DNA of 64,000 bases from a virus (taxonomy: Duplodnaviria; Caudoviricetes): IMG/VR virus record IMGVR_UViG_3300014204_000012, positions 1 through 64,000 of that record; one strand, given 5' to 3'. Positions within the stretch are counted from its first letter, which is position 1; each line of letters begins with the position of its first letter. This document shows, piece by piece, positions 39,696 through 51,774 of the stretch. The notes below the pieces were generated by a model that saw only the letters and a list, made by a program, of their open reading frames with translations, did not search any database and was not told the DNA's origin. Made by a program: the position numbers and the translations under genes.

Positions 39696-42600
39696 ATGAA
39701 TACATTCCTTTCAGACGAACAATATCAGTTGATCCTGGACATGCGACAGTTACGCACGGGCCAGGGTGGCAAATACAAGTGGCTACTCGGTGTCAATGTT
39801 TGCACCATTTTAGAATCAGAAGTGAAAGCAGATACAAACGGGAAACCATACATCGCTGTACGCTTTGTTAGAAAGCCACAGGAGGTACTTGGTCGTCGGA
39901 TATACTTTTCCCCACATGAGGAGTATTTCTTCACCTACGACGATCTGAGACGCCTCTGTGTGGCTTGTGGACATGAACTAAAACCACGACCGGAAGGATA
40001 CCAGGTGCTGGATTACTTTAAGGCGGTTAGCCGTCGGATGAAAACATTTACTGCTGAGTTAAACGTGGTAATGGGCGTGGTTAGGAAGATTAAACGGGAC
40101 GAGTATGGGAAACCGGTGATTAATTTTACCTACGGATACAATCTGGAAGTGTACGATTACCGGATTTTAAACTACACGGGTGAAGTTAATTGGAAGGAAA
40201 TTTACACAAAATTGAATTATTAAAAACTTAAAAGTATAAAAATGAAAACATTATCTTTTGAATTAACAATGCCAAATGTAGGTAGTTGGAATGGGAAATG
40301 GACAGGCGAAGAACGCAAATATTTTGTTATTAGGAAATTTGAAAATAAAACTGCTGCTAAAATTATGCAAGATGCTAAATCGTATCCTATTTACGAGGGT
40401 GTTTTTACTCGCACTTTAGTAGGGACAAGCGCACCAAGGAAAGGCCATTATTATAATTTTGGTGATGGTTGGGGCGCACATATTGAAATAGAACAGGTTT
40501 ATGCTAAAGAAGCAAATAAACGTAGAAAAAAATCTGCTGGATTTTGTGGTTATGAATGGATGATTGATTCTATTATTCGATTTGACGAAATATTAAACTC
40601 AAATCAGATTAAGGAAAGAAATTTACGTTAAATCAGATTATTAAAATTTATAAAAATGGAAAACTTAAAAGAGCAACTACAAGAAGAAAAAAACAGGCTA
40701 AAAGCACTGTGTACATTTGTGAAAAATGACATTCTGGAATGGACTGAAAAAGACAAAGAAGGTGAAGACACTGTAAAACGTGGTGTGTTTGGTTACTATT
40801 ACGTTTCAGACGATCTTTCAACTGCTGTAAGGATCAATCTTCCAGTTTCACACCAGTTGGCTTTCACTTCTTCATACGCATACATCAGAAATCCTGATTT
40901 GTCACGTTTTAAGGTTGTCCAGAATCCTATAAACAAATATACCATATCAAGGATAAATGATATGATTGAAATGAAGGAGTGGGAAATAAATAAGAAAACG
41001 GGGTTATTAAGAAACCAACTTAAAAAACTTCATTTTATTAAAAACAAATATCAATCAAATTGTGTGCATAATTGGTCTAGGGTTGGAGGTCTGTTTGCTG
41101 ATCCAGTGGAAGTAAAAACTGATTGTCTGGGACAAGAGTGGAAATATTACAAGTGGGAATGTAAATTTTGTGGAAAAGTAATTCAAAGCACTTAAATTAT
41201 TAAAAATGGCAAGCATTGACAAAACATACATTGACGGCAAGGAATATCCAATATATAGACAGTGGTGGATAGATAACTATGACAAAATGGTTAAGGAATT
41301 AGGGGAGGCTATTTGGTTATATACCTTTTCTATATTTGAATTTGATTATAAAGGTAGATATGTAGAGGAAGAAGTAGTAGTTACTCCGGAGTTTCTTAAA
41401 AATAACACAAAAGACATTGATCATTACGTTAAATTTTATGATTTTGCTATTTGGAACACTTCGGAAAAGGAAGACAGATGGCTTGTTAAAAACTGCCCCA
41501 TTGAATCATTTCGGATTAAAATGATTGAGGTGTATCCACGTGGTTGGAGTGGGTTCAAGGGACAATCGTGGGTTCCTAAGAAAAACAATAAACCAAAATG
41601 TATAAAATGAGAAAAAAGATAAAAAAGTTCATTTTAAGTTGCACAAATGATATATTTAATGTACCTTTGTGCAGCGTTAAGGGAATGACTACCAACGATG
41701 GTAAACCGTATGTGATAAAATTAAAAATTAGGTAAAATGTACAGAGAATTTAAAGCATTTTTAATTAAGCACGGGGTGTTACGGAGATACACCACAAATC
41801 TAATAAAATTTAGGACACCAGGATATCATGTATCAGACGATGAAAGGATTTATGGTGCATTTCTTTGGGATTATACCACGGAAGGAGATGGTTTTTGGTC
41901 TGAAATTAGTGATGCTTGGGATGTGGAATACAAAAAGTTATCCAGTGGACAAGTTCATTGAAAACCACAGCGACCTGAACGACGTAATTTACAAACTTAA
42001 AGAGATGAAATTTCCGTATTTTCTAAGCACATACACCGGGAAACCCACTGAAGAAACAGAACTTCAAAAGTGGAATCGGCTTAATTCTTTCTTCCATCAG
42101 GGAGTCGTGAGAACATATTCGGATTGCTCAGGGTTATTACCTGACGATGCCAAACAAGACCTGCAAATGCGTTTCGCTTTGGTTTCCGATGTTGAAGACT
42201 GTGCATTTGTGGAGTCCATCAGCGGGATGAGTGTAAGGCGATTAACGGATTTCATCGAGGTGTGCCAGGTGTTTCTATTACGGGAATTTGGTGTACGTGC
42301 AAACGAGTTGCTTGAAACCAATAGGATGAGATTTTTAAAACTTAAAACAATAAAGAAATGATCAAAACAGTAAAAGGAATTGAAAAGAAAGCCGCTAAGA
42401 ACGGCAGGACATTTGCTAAAATATCGTTTGACGATTGTTCGGCGAATGTGTTTGATACAAAAATTATCGAGGCTTCCGAAACTAACATCGGCAAACAGGT
42501 GGAAGTTGAATTCAAAGAAGAAAACGGTTACAAAAACATTACTTCGTTGGTTCCCATTGGGGAAAGTGTGCCACAACTTCAAAACCGGTTACCTGTTGCT

Positions 42601-43013
42601 CCGGCATCCATTGATTATCCTGATTCCGTAAAGTTGAATCTGGATTGTCTGGATAAGGCAATTCAGATAACGACGGTGTGTTTGACTGTGGACAACGACG
42701 GCAACCCGGTGAAATTAAACCGGAAGACATTGTATCAGTTGGCAGAAGACATTAGGAAATGGGCGAAAGGAGAAACGGTATGAAAACGGAATTAATTGAA
42801 TGTAAAGGAAAACATATACACGCGAGTGAAACAAAAATTGGAGATTTAATGATTCTATATTACGGAAGCGATCATGTAGGAGAAATCTTGTTACGTGTTT
42901 ATGAGGGATTGGTTTCTTTGTCTAATCCACGTAATACGTGGGTTGGTGTACCATATGAACTTTTGGTCACTTTATTAGAACCCGGAGACAAAGTGACTCT
43001 AACACAGGAATAA
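39696..43013 (+). other. Hypothetical CDS 39696-40223, 40242-40631, 40656-41195, 41206-41610, 41737-41961, 41828-42361 (NinB-like?), 42358-42783 (OB-fold/SSB-like?), 42780-43013
   Basis: ORF track; fold guesses are low confidence. Confidence 0.6.
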
Positions 43014-44119
43014 TGATAGCAATTACTCAAATTTTAGACATATCGTGCAGGCTCTTCGGTGTAACCACAGAAGACGTGAAGGGTAAGAGCCGGGAGGGTA
43101 CACCCCTGATGGTTCGTCATTTGGTGAGGGCGTTGGCATCCGAAAAAGGATACAAACCAACAGAGATAGCTGATGAAATTGGTGGATCGAGATATGCTGT
43201 GTATAACTCCGTGAAACTGATTTTAAAGTTCTGTCAGTTCCATGAACAATGCAACACGCTCCGTGATGCCATTGATGCGTTCGTTCCGGAAGTTCCTATT
43301 AAGCCAGTTGAGAAACCTGTTGAAATCATACAAACCCGTGACGACAGCGGTATTATCCGGGTAACACAGGAGGCGTATGATGAGAGGTTTTATGGTCACA
43401 ACGAGAAGATAAACCCACGTACCGGGAATAAGTGGTTCCCTGCCTTTCACTACCTGTGGAGTGCAGGTGCCCCGATGAGTCCGTTTCTGGTGAGTTGGTA
43501 CAAAGAATACGGACACGAGGCCGACCGAATTATGAAACATAAGGAACAGATCGGATCGTTTGTGCACGACCGGATTGAGCAAATGGGAAAACACCATATC
43601 CCCACGACCATTGAAAACATTGAAAACTTCTGCCGGGATGAAGGTGACGTTTTATTCATTAAACGCTGTCTGGACGGGTTCTTGAACTTTATGAAAGACC
43701 ATGATTCCGTGATTGTGTCTTCTGAAAAGATGATACTTGGCGAAGACTGGGGAGGCACAATGGACTTGGAACTCAGAATCAGTGACGATAAATGGAGCAA
43801 GGTCTGGTGTGTGGATTTGAAAACATCGAAGTCGGTATTCGAGGAACATCTGATTCAGGTTGAAACATACCGCCGGGTGTGCGGTGCTGATCGTGGCGGG
43901 GTGTTGATACTGGGGAACTCAACAAAGAAACGCTACACCTTTACGGAGATTCCAGTCAAGAAACAGGACTATCTTTATTCAAAGTTCCTTGCTGTTAAGG
44001 AAACAGCCTATGTGACGATGCTTGAAAGGGGAACCATAGCACCGACAGAAGAAACATTCCCCAGTGAATTTAATCTTAATCCAGAGAATTATGAAATTGG
44101 GAATAGACTTACCACTTAG
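43013..44119 (+). CDS. DnaA domain IV-like HTH fused to PD-(D/E)XK exonuclease (368 aa)
   Basis: N-terminus FGVTTEDVKGKSRE..VRH..EIADEIGGSRYAVYNSVK; C-terminus GGTMDL..VDLKTS..IQVETY. Confidence 0.7.
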   Translation: MIAITQILDISCRLFGVTTEDVKGKSREGTPLMVRHLVRALASEKGYKPTEIADEIGGSRYAVYNSVKLILKFCQFHEQCNTLRDAIDAFVPEVPIKPVEKPVEIIQTRDDSGIIRVTQEAYDERFYGHNEKINPRTGNKWFPAFHYLWSAGAPMSPFLVSWYKEYGHEADRIMKHKEQIGSFVHDRIEQMGKHHIPTTIENIENFCRDEGDVLFIKRCLDGFLNFMKDHDSVIVSSEKMILGEDWGGTMDLELRISDDKWSKVWCVDLKTSKSVFEEHLIQVETYRRVCGADRGGVLILGNSTKKRYTFTEIPVKKQDYLYSKFLAVKETAYVTMLERGTIAPTEETFPSEFNLNPENYEIGNRLTT

Positions 44120-44355
44120 TTGTAAGTATTGGAAAACGATTGAGGTCAAGGTAATACCGGAACTTGGTGGTAAACATCTTGACTATTACAACTTGGGACT
44201 TCCAACATTTTTGGATGAAGAAGAATCCGATGGTGTAGTTATTGATATTCGCCCTATAAAGGATAATGGTGTTACATTAATGTGGTGTACTGTCGTTGAT
44301 ATAAGAACAGGTGAAGCTACGACGAGGAAAGTTGATTCAATTAAATTCGATATAA

Positions 44356-44880
44356 ATGAAATCAGATTACGCCTCAAACGAGGAATGGTTGTTTAGTCTA
44401 TGGTTGGAATCCGTTGCGGACTACATTGACCACGCGATTTACCAACCAGGATCGTATATATTATTCGCTGGTGATGGTGTGTTTAGGGAACACGTTTATA
44501 CCGCCGACTGGGAGATTTTATGGCGTCCCAGTGCCGAAGGGGTACTTTATACCACCCCGGGGGAGAAAGTGGCTGTAAAACGACGTAGGGAGGTCACAGT
44601 GCCATTTGTAGCCAATCCATCTGTCATTGATGTAAAGGGCGAGTTCGTGGGAAAGAACAATTCATCTGGCATAACATTCCCGGTGAACCAAAAGTGGGTA
44701 ATGGACAAGTACGGGGTGTATGTTCACAAGGTCGTAATCAGCTTTGCAAAGAAAGGGCTGTTTTACCGAACATTTGTGCCGGAATCTGTAAAGGAAAATT
44801 CAAATTACGTACGAAGTGGACTGACGAAGTTCAAATACGAAACACGAAGTTTTGATGAATACTTAAAATTGGTAAAATGA
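44356..44880 (+). CDS. PD-(D/E)XK endonuclease, resolvase/DUF1064-like (174 aa)
   Basis: YASNEE..YTADW..IDVKG. Confidence 0.6.
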   Translation: MKSDYASNEEWLFSLWLESVADYIDHAIYQPGSYILFAGDGVFREHVYTADWEILWRPSAEGVLYTTPGEKVAVKRRREVTVPFVANPSVIDVKGEFVGKNNSSGITFPVNQKWVMDKYGVYVHKVVISFAKKGLFYRTFVPESVKENSNYVRSGLTKFKYETRSFDEYLKLVK

Positions 44881-47800
44881 AAGCGCATGAATTTATAGAA
44901 AAAAACATTGGCAATAGGGTATATGTTACTGGTGATAGAGACCTTGCGTTTAATGGAGGATTGCGTGAAATTATTTTCAAAAAAACAGAATTAACTGTTG
45001 TTAAGCTAACAAGAGGAGGTTTGGCTTATTTAATGGATGATAAAAATCGTTTTTATGCAGTACCACCAAGAAATGTTCGTGAAGTAGATTCATAGGTGTT
45101 TTGTATTTATTTAATTAATCTTTAAAATTAATAATATGGAAGTGAAATTCACAAAAGAGCAAACAGACTTTCTTAATAAAATAAGTACAATCGTGCACAT
45201 GACGAGTGGTAGTACTTATAGGCACATACCTTTTTGGTTTAAAGAAACAGAAGAAGAAGGTGTGTACGAGCTGTTAACATTTGAACATCTTCCTGATGAA
45301 CTGACCGAAGCACTTAAAAACATGAGAGAGTAGTATTTTTAATAATCTTTAAAATTGATATGATGAACGAAAATGAACTTAGGATTGGAAATTTGGTACA
45401 CCATTTAGATAATTGGTCTCATAGACAACCAGAACAGGATTTTAAGGAATTTGATTTTAAATGGGAAGATAGGGATTGGTATGCCATAGGTGAATGCACG
45501 ATGGATTTAAAGGACATTTTACCTATTCCACTAACCGAAGAGTGGTTGGTAAAATTTGGATTTATAAATTACATAATTAATTACTATTTACCAATCCCAG
45601 AAATAAAAGCTGAAATACATTTTGAAATGTTCAGAAAGGAGTATGTCTGTATTTTATATTGTAGTACTGGCTCATTTATTCCAAATGACATTAAATACGT
45701 TCACCAACTTCAGAACTTGTATTTCTGTTTAACAGGAGAAGAACTTGTTTATGATACCGACCAACCTGCGTAAAGCAGATTCCTTTTTTGACTTCATCAA
45801 TGTAAATTTGTACGAGGGTGACGGGTATGAAGTTAAAATCGGTATGAAGTATTGGTATTGGAACGGTGAAACACTTTGGGAAAGAACAGTAACAGAACAT
45901 TTATTTTATCGTGATATTGAAAAATACGTAAAAGAGGGAATGATTTATGTGGAAAAATAATACAAAAATAAAGTTCCTAGAGCAAACAAAACATGATATT
46001 ATGGCATATTTTAATATGTCTCGTGTTGATGAGATAATACTAATATCTGAACATTTGAATGGGAAAGTGTCTTATAATGATAGTGAGATCGCTTTTGGTA
46101 TGGCCCTGCTTGCAGAACAAAATAAACTTATAAATTAGGATTATGTGGATAAATAATAACACGGAACCGATTAGCTCCGAACAGGTGAAGGAAGTTCATA
46201 AATGGTTGAACGAATGGGAATCATTAAGACTTACTGCCATACCATTACGTTTCTTAGAAGAGTTTGGTAATATGAAACGTGGTGTTAATGTAAAAATAGA
46301 CGACACAACAGCATTTGGATGTTCTCATCACAACCATAACAGACATCGTGTTTATATAGATGGTTTGTCTTATGACGAAGCATTAATTTTACAAAAGATA
46401 ATTTCAAAAATAATTTCATGATCATGTGGAAAAACGAACAAGAACAATTAATATTTGACTATGTCTTCGCTGAGCAAATCCTAAAGAGGGATGCCGCAGG
46501 TGAAGCAACAGAGGAATTTCAGGACAAGTTGGTTAGTCTGGGTAACCAACTGAATGTTCACAACCCGGCCATTGTGAGAAAGTGTATTGCCGTATCGAAG
46601 GGGATTGTGAACCGTAGGAACAGCATGTATAAAACGCTTGTGGAGAAAGCAATTTCACCGGAAGATGCTGCTTTCATCGAGCACTACGTTTATATGTGCA
46701 TACAGAACGACATTGAACCGGAACCGGATAGAATTTTACAAGTAAAACTACTAATATGAAAAATCACAATAAAACCACTGATGTAAAAAAGTACAGTAAT
46801 TATTTGGATTTGTTTACTGATGCGATGGAGGCCTTAAATAGAGCAGAAGGACATATATTGGATCGATATGATATTGGTATCATAATGTCATTAATAGTAC
46901 AGGCAAATTGGTTGGGAATCGTGTCTGGTTATAAGAAAATTTTGGATATGCAAAAGAATCCACCGAACCCTGGTTCAAGTATTACGGGTGAATTGACCAT
47001 CCCGGACAGCGTGGAGAAAATGACCGATGAGTATTTACCGGAACAAAACATGCAGGACTGATGGTACGATTCCAGGGTAAAATGAATTGGTTCTCTTGTG
47101 ATCAGATCATTAAGATTGAACCGGGTTTGGGGTCTTTATTAAAAGACTTCAAAGACGAATACATTAAGGACATTTCATTGATCCTTATTGCCCACCTGCA
47201 AAAACAGGGGTTCGTATTCTTTGACAGCGAATACCACTTTAATAAAGAGGATGAGTTCCTGGAAGACGGCATTCACTATTGCAGGTACAGTGATCCTTCC
47301 ACGGAAGTCCGGTATAGGAACGTGAAGGGTGTAAAACGTGTTATTGAAATCGGTATTAACTTCAGACACATCGTATGAAAGAGTTTATAATATGTGCAGC
47401 AATCAGAATTGATGACTCTGGAAAAGTTTATTATGGTCATAGACATAATCATTGCTTGGAAGCATTATGTGGAGAACTTTCATGGTTCATGAACAGGCAA
47501 GAGGTTTCAGGGATAAAAAAAACACAAGGATTTATAACCAGTCAAAATCGTTTTGTTGATAGAAAAGAAGGTTTAGTTATAGCACTTGCAAATGATCAAG
47601 TTCTTGGCAAAAAAGAAATCAGAGGTGATGAGCTTTACAGCGAAGACTTATATTAAATGTATATACCATGAACTTATTTACTAAACTATTCGGTAAAAAG
47701 TGTTTCATCATTGATGCCAAGTTTGCACACATGGAATGTTCTAGTTTTCGTGTGTATGCCAAAACAGAAGATGCTGCTGTTGCGAAGTTTCTGAATGAAC

Positions 47801-48133
47801 CGTTCGTAAGTGGGCAGCGTCTTCTAAGTATCAAGGTGTATGAAGTTGAGTGAAATGTCAATGGGTGAACAAGTGGACGTATTGGTTATGCGATTATCAA
47901 AGATCGGAATAACAATAAAACTCCGTGCAAACTATCCGTGGATTTATTTAACACGCGTAAACGGGAATCGTGTAACAGAGATTAGTCACGGTGAACATGG
48001 GTACACTATTGGGTTTGCTCCTATAAGGAAGGATCATGTGTTTAGTTTTATAGATATTCCCGATATGTTCCGTATAATCAGAAAGTACGTTCGGTTAAAA
48101 CAAACACCCAGAACAAATAATGCTATGAATTAA
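44877..48133 (+). other. Run of about 12 small hypothetical CDS (e.g. 45136-45333, 45360-45773, 46143-46421, 46418-46759, 46756-47061, 47061-47378, 47375-47656, 47668-47853, 47840-48133)
   Basis: ORF track, ATGA couplings. 45360-45773 (ELRIGN..PIPLTEEW..VHQLQNLY) looks like a widespread Bacteroidota-phage family. Confidence 0.65.
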
Positions 48134-48141
48134 GTGAAGGA

Positions 48142-48309
48142 TTAGTCCTTATTAATAACCTTTTTATCAACCTCCTTTTTGGAGGTTTTCTTTTTAAATA
48201 CACTTTTCACAAAAACTACTATTTCGTCCCTGTTCTTCCAGATGAGATCAAGTGCCATTGTTAATAGCACACTTACCCACTTATTCCCTGTCTTCTCTTT
48301 TGTTTTCAT
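48142..48309 (-). CDS. 55-aa cationic amphipathic peptide coupled to endolysin
   Basis: Below track cutoff; ATGA overlap with endolysin stop; MKTKEKTGNKWVSVLLTMALDLIWKNRDEIVVFVKSVFKKKTSKKEVDKKVINKD. Confidence 0.6.
   Translation of the reverse strand: MKTKEKTGNKWVSVLLTMALDLIWKNRDEIVVFVKSVFKKKTSKKEVDKKVINKD
48169..48195 (+). terminator. Intrinsic terminator at convergence
   Basis: AACCTCC-TTTTT-GGAGGTT plus TTCTTTTT. Confidence 0.75.
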
Positions 48310-48800
48310 ACAAAATATTTAATGTATTTCTGTGGTATTTGTTTAATCAATGCTTGTCTTATTTCAGACTTTTCAATATCGGTATCTTTATTTATATCGA
48401 ATAATGGATTTTGTTTCGCCACAATGTCATTGGGTATCCTGAACGAATCCGGTTTACCAACCGCAGCAGGCCAAAATATCATACAATAAAGATCAACAAA
48501 ATCCTTGTATTTGTTTCTATGTGGGGAAAGATATTTTTTAACATATTCAAGTTGTTCTACGTTTGTCATTGCTTTAAGTTTGTCCGTAGTAGTTCCTAAT
48601 ACGATTGCTGTTTTTGGCATGAATTGGATGAGACCAGTTGCACCTATTTTATTTTGTATTGTGTGATCGAGTGTATGTGATGTTTCAAACCACATTAAAA
48701 AAAGTAAGTGATTGGGGTCTACTCCTAAATATGAAGAAATCTGAACAACTTTATCCAGAAACTCTTTTTTATTCTCTTTTATCAATTCTTCAAATATCAT
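48306..48800 (-). CDS. Endolysin, lysozyme-like/lytic transglycosylase fold (164 aa)
   Basis: MWFETS..GATGLIQFMPKTA..EQLEYVKKYL..DLYCMIFWPAA; own -7 box 48810-48817. Confidence 0.8.
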   Translation of the reverse strand: MIFEELIKENKKEFLDKVVQISSYLGVDPNHLLFLMWFETSHTLDHTIQNKIGATGLIQFMPKTAIVLGTTTDKLKAMTNVEQLEYVKKYLSPHRNKYKDFVDLYCMIFWPAAVGKPDSFRIPNDIVAKQNPLFDINKDTDIEKSEIRQALIKQIPQKYIKYFV

Positions 48801-48885
48801 TTTTTATTTCAAAGGTAGGTTTTATTTCCGTAACGGGTTTAAAATGGTGCAATGTGGAAATATTTGATGTTATAAAACATAAACG

Positions 48886-48917
48886 CTTGCAGATGTCAAA
48901 AATTGTTTATACCTTTG
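48886..48917 (+). promoter_or_regulatory. Promoter CTTG-N20-TACCTTTG
   Basis: Canonical spacing; divergent from the endolysin promoter. Confidence 0.7.
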
Positions 48918-48945
48918 TACTGTTCTTTGAATGTCATGGTTACAC

Positions 48946-49009
48946 GCACCATATGTGTTGGTACAGGACTGAAATAATAGGTCTTCGGAACCGAAATCCG
49001 AATGGTGCA
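48946..49009 (+). ncRNA. tRNA-like structured RNA candidate
   Basis: 7-bp GCACCAT/ATGGTGC stem contiguous with TCGGA-ACCGAAA-TCCGA arm, plus two internal hairpins. Confidence 0.4.
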
Positions 49010-49024
49010 CAAAATACTTTCACA

Positions 49025-49306
49025 ATGGACAAAATTGACAACGCAATAAAGGCGTTAATAAACAAACAACTCGAAAAGTACAACGTGGACTTCGACTACG
49101 TTATGGATCACCAGCAAATTGATGGTAAACTTTGGTGTTATTATTTCACTTTAACGAAGGATGAAGATGAAGCATTCCGGAAGTGGGCTATTGAATATCT
49201 GCGTAAAACATTCCACTGGCAGAAACAATATGCAGAGAAGGAGTTCTCTTGGTATTACCTAATGTACGGGCTTAATGTGTCACCAGACGTTACTACAGCC
49301 CCGTAG
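49025..49306 (+). CDS. Hypothetical protein (93 aa)
   Basis: ATG 49025 after the promoter and RNA fold; the track's upstream extension overlaps the endolysin. Confidence 0.65.
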   Translation: MDKIDNAIKALINKQLEKYNVDFDYVMDHQQIDGKLWCYYFTLTKDEDEAFRKWAIEYLRKTFHWQKQYAEKEFSWYYLMYGLNVSPDVTTAP

Positions 49307-49367
49307 GGACACTTTCGCCATGGAGACGATAAATTACACCAACAGCAAAGAAAATCGCCTTAAAGCG
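49298..49367 (+). repeat. Dispersed element, copy 6
   Basis: GCCCCGTAGGGACACTTT matches the reverse complement of 14813-14830 at 16/18. Confidence 0.7.
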
Positions 49368-49569
49368 TTTAAGGTGGCAAAAGTAAGCATCAGCGTTAAA
49401 ATCAAACTTGATAAAATATGGAGACTGTCAAAGAAGTTCGCTACTATATTCCGAAGAAGGGGTTCAACTGCTTAACGGGGTGGTACGAGAAAAAAGACCC
49501 AAAGGGCAAGGACGATGCGATCCGGGTGGCGAAAATAGTAAGAATTAACGGTAAACAAACAATTCAATT

Positions 49570-51108
49570 ATGAAAGAACAACTCATTGATTTAGCGAAAA
49601 AGAATGGTTTTGCAACCAAAGTGATAAATTCCATGCCTTACTCAAAGAGTGCCCCGTGGTTTCATTTAGAAGTTACACGGTATTTCCTATGGATGTGTGA
49701 AATTCAGAAATGGTTGATAGAAAAACACAACATTGTTGTCTGTGTCGAATTTGAAACCATTGACGATTCTGAAACCGCCTATACGTGGAATATTACAGAA
49801 CACATAACAGAGGGTAGGGGAATGGCAAAGGATACATGGGACTTTTATAAAAGAACCGATTCTTTTTCACAACATTTTATGTGGTGGAAAACATACGAAG
49901 AATCATTGGAAGATGGATTAATCAAAGCATTAAAACTTATAAAATGAAATTATTTAACAAGAAACTTAATTTATCCAGTGACGATGTGTTGGCGTGTGAG
50001 GACTACGCACAACTCAAATACTGGTATTCCTGTGTGGAAATTGACATACTGGAAATGGAATTACGCCTAAAGGGTGAAGACAACGACCGGGTGTACCAAG
50101 CTATGTCCTTGCAGAAGTCGCTTTCAAAACTCATCCAACTTCAAATATCGAAAGTTGGTAAACCGGTTAGGTTTGAAAAGTACGTCATTGATGTTTGCAA
50201 GGAGTTGTTTGTTGACAAGTGGGATGTGATTATTGAACGTGCCCGTGCTAAGAAGGAATTGGAGGAACTGTAATGGATCATTTCGATAATGTTTTGATAA
50301 AGTTGCAACGGCAGTATAGTAGAGACGAAACCGTTGCGGCTTTAACGAAGAAACTTAAAGAAACTGAAACCAGAGTTGGACAACTGGAATCGGAGGTCGA
50401 TTATCTAAATTCAGAATATGAGGTTGAAAAAGAAAAGAGAGAGATAATCAGGATGTCTAAAATAGAGGCACGTAAAGAAGAACTTTATAGAAGACAAAAT
50501 GATAAGATTAAACAGTATCGTTCCGCAATTAAGAAGTTAAAACAACAGCGGAATGATTTAATTGCAAAATGTATTTCATTTGAAAAAAAATAAATAATTA
50601 TGGGAAAAAAACAACTACCAGATTGGCTTGAAACATTATACAACGTGAACCCGTGTTTAGCTGAACGGGCAGAAAAACATCTGAATAAACTGTATTCGGA
50701 GGACGATCTTATTAGTTTTGCCGCGTGGTGTATCATAAATAAATACAATAATGCCCAATATGGTCATATACCAACAGATTACGAACTTATTGAAATGTGG
50801 AAGAAATCAAAAAAAATATGAAAAAACAATCTAAAACATACAGCATTAGCAGTGGCCTGTTTGCACCAGTTGTTCGTTTTTTCGGATTAAAAGGTTCGTG
50901 GAAGTGGGCTGTAAAAGAAATGAAAAATGGTAAATTGCTTGTAAGAACGTGCGTGACAGGTGCGATAAAATACAGATTAAGCACAGACGGACAAAATAGA
51001 CTCGAATGTGATTTTCACAGAAAAGAAAGCGAAGCGAAGTGGGAAAACGCTAATTTTTTCATTTCTGACATGGAAGCTACTGATTGGGGTATTTATAATT
51101 GGGGATAA
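49570..51108 (+). other. Hypothetical CDS 49570-49947, 49944-50273, 50273-50593, 50600-50821, 50818-51108
   Basis: ORF track. Confidence 0.65.
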
Positions 51109-51390
51109 CTGTATATATATGTAATTGTATTTGCTCACACATTATAGGTGTGACTTTTCATTATAAATAATATAATTAAAAATATTATGAGACCATACGG
51201 AAGAGAAAAGAAACTACAAGGAACAGGCGTTTGGAAAAGAGACGTACACCCTCCGAAAGGATATGTAAATTGGTGGGAAAATATGTGTAATTTTCTTTCC
51301 AGAAGTAGAATGAAACAAAACTGGAAAAAAGATGTAAAATGTGAGCTATCCGATAATTACCTTTAAGTATTATATGTAATTCAAGTTATT

Positions 51391-51774
51391 ATGAAAAAAC
51401 TACTATTGATAACACTATTTTCGCTGATAACCATATTGGGTTATTCACAGAATTGGTACAAGGGATACGATCCGTGGATAGCAAAGGATAAGGGGTTACA
51501 CGTGGGGATTGAGTTCTTTCTACAATTTTCTGGTACTCAGATAATATTAGGAGATGGAGGAGAAAGGAAATATGCTGAACCTGCTGTTCTTGTAGCTACT
51601 TGCCTGGCGGGAATAGGAAAAGAGTTTTGTGTTGATTCACAACCCAGTTATAAGGATTTAACAGCAGATGCTGTAGGAATTGTTGCAGGATTTTTATTAA
51701 GTAGACAAGTTGAAAGATGGCACAAGAATAAAGCATACAGGGTACATAAAAGAATGGAAAGGAAACGGAAATGA
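51391..51774 (+). CDS. Signal-peptide membrane protein, YfiM-like (127 aa)
   Basis: MKKLLLITLFSLITILGYS|Q; DKGLH..GIGKE..SYKDLTADAVG. Confidence 0.6.
   Translation: MKKLLLITLFSLITILGYSQNWYKGYDPWIAKDKGLHVGIEFFLQFSGTQIILGDGGERKYAEPAVLVATCLAGIGKEFCVDSQPSYKDLTADAVGIVAGFLLSRQVERWHKNKAYRVHKRMERKRK

Noticed and set aside
48638-49024. N-terminal 129 codons of the 222-aa plus ORF
   Set aside because: Overlaps the endolysin antisense and two promoters; the real start is ATG 49025.
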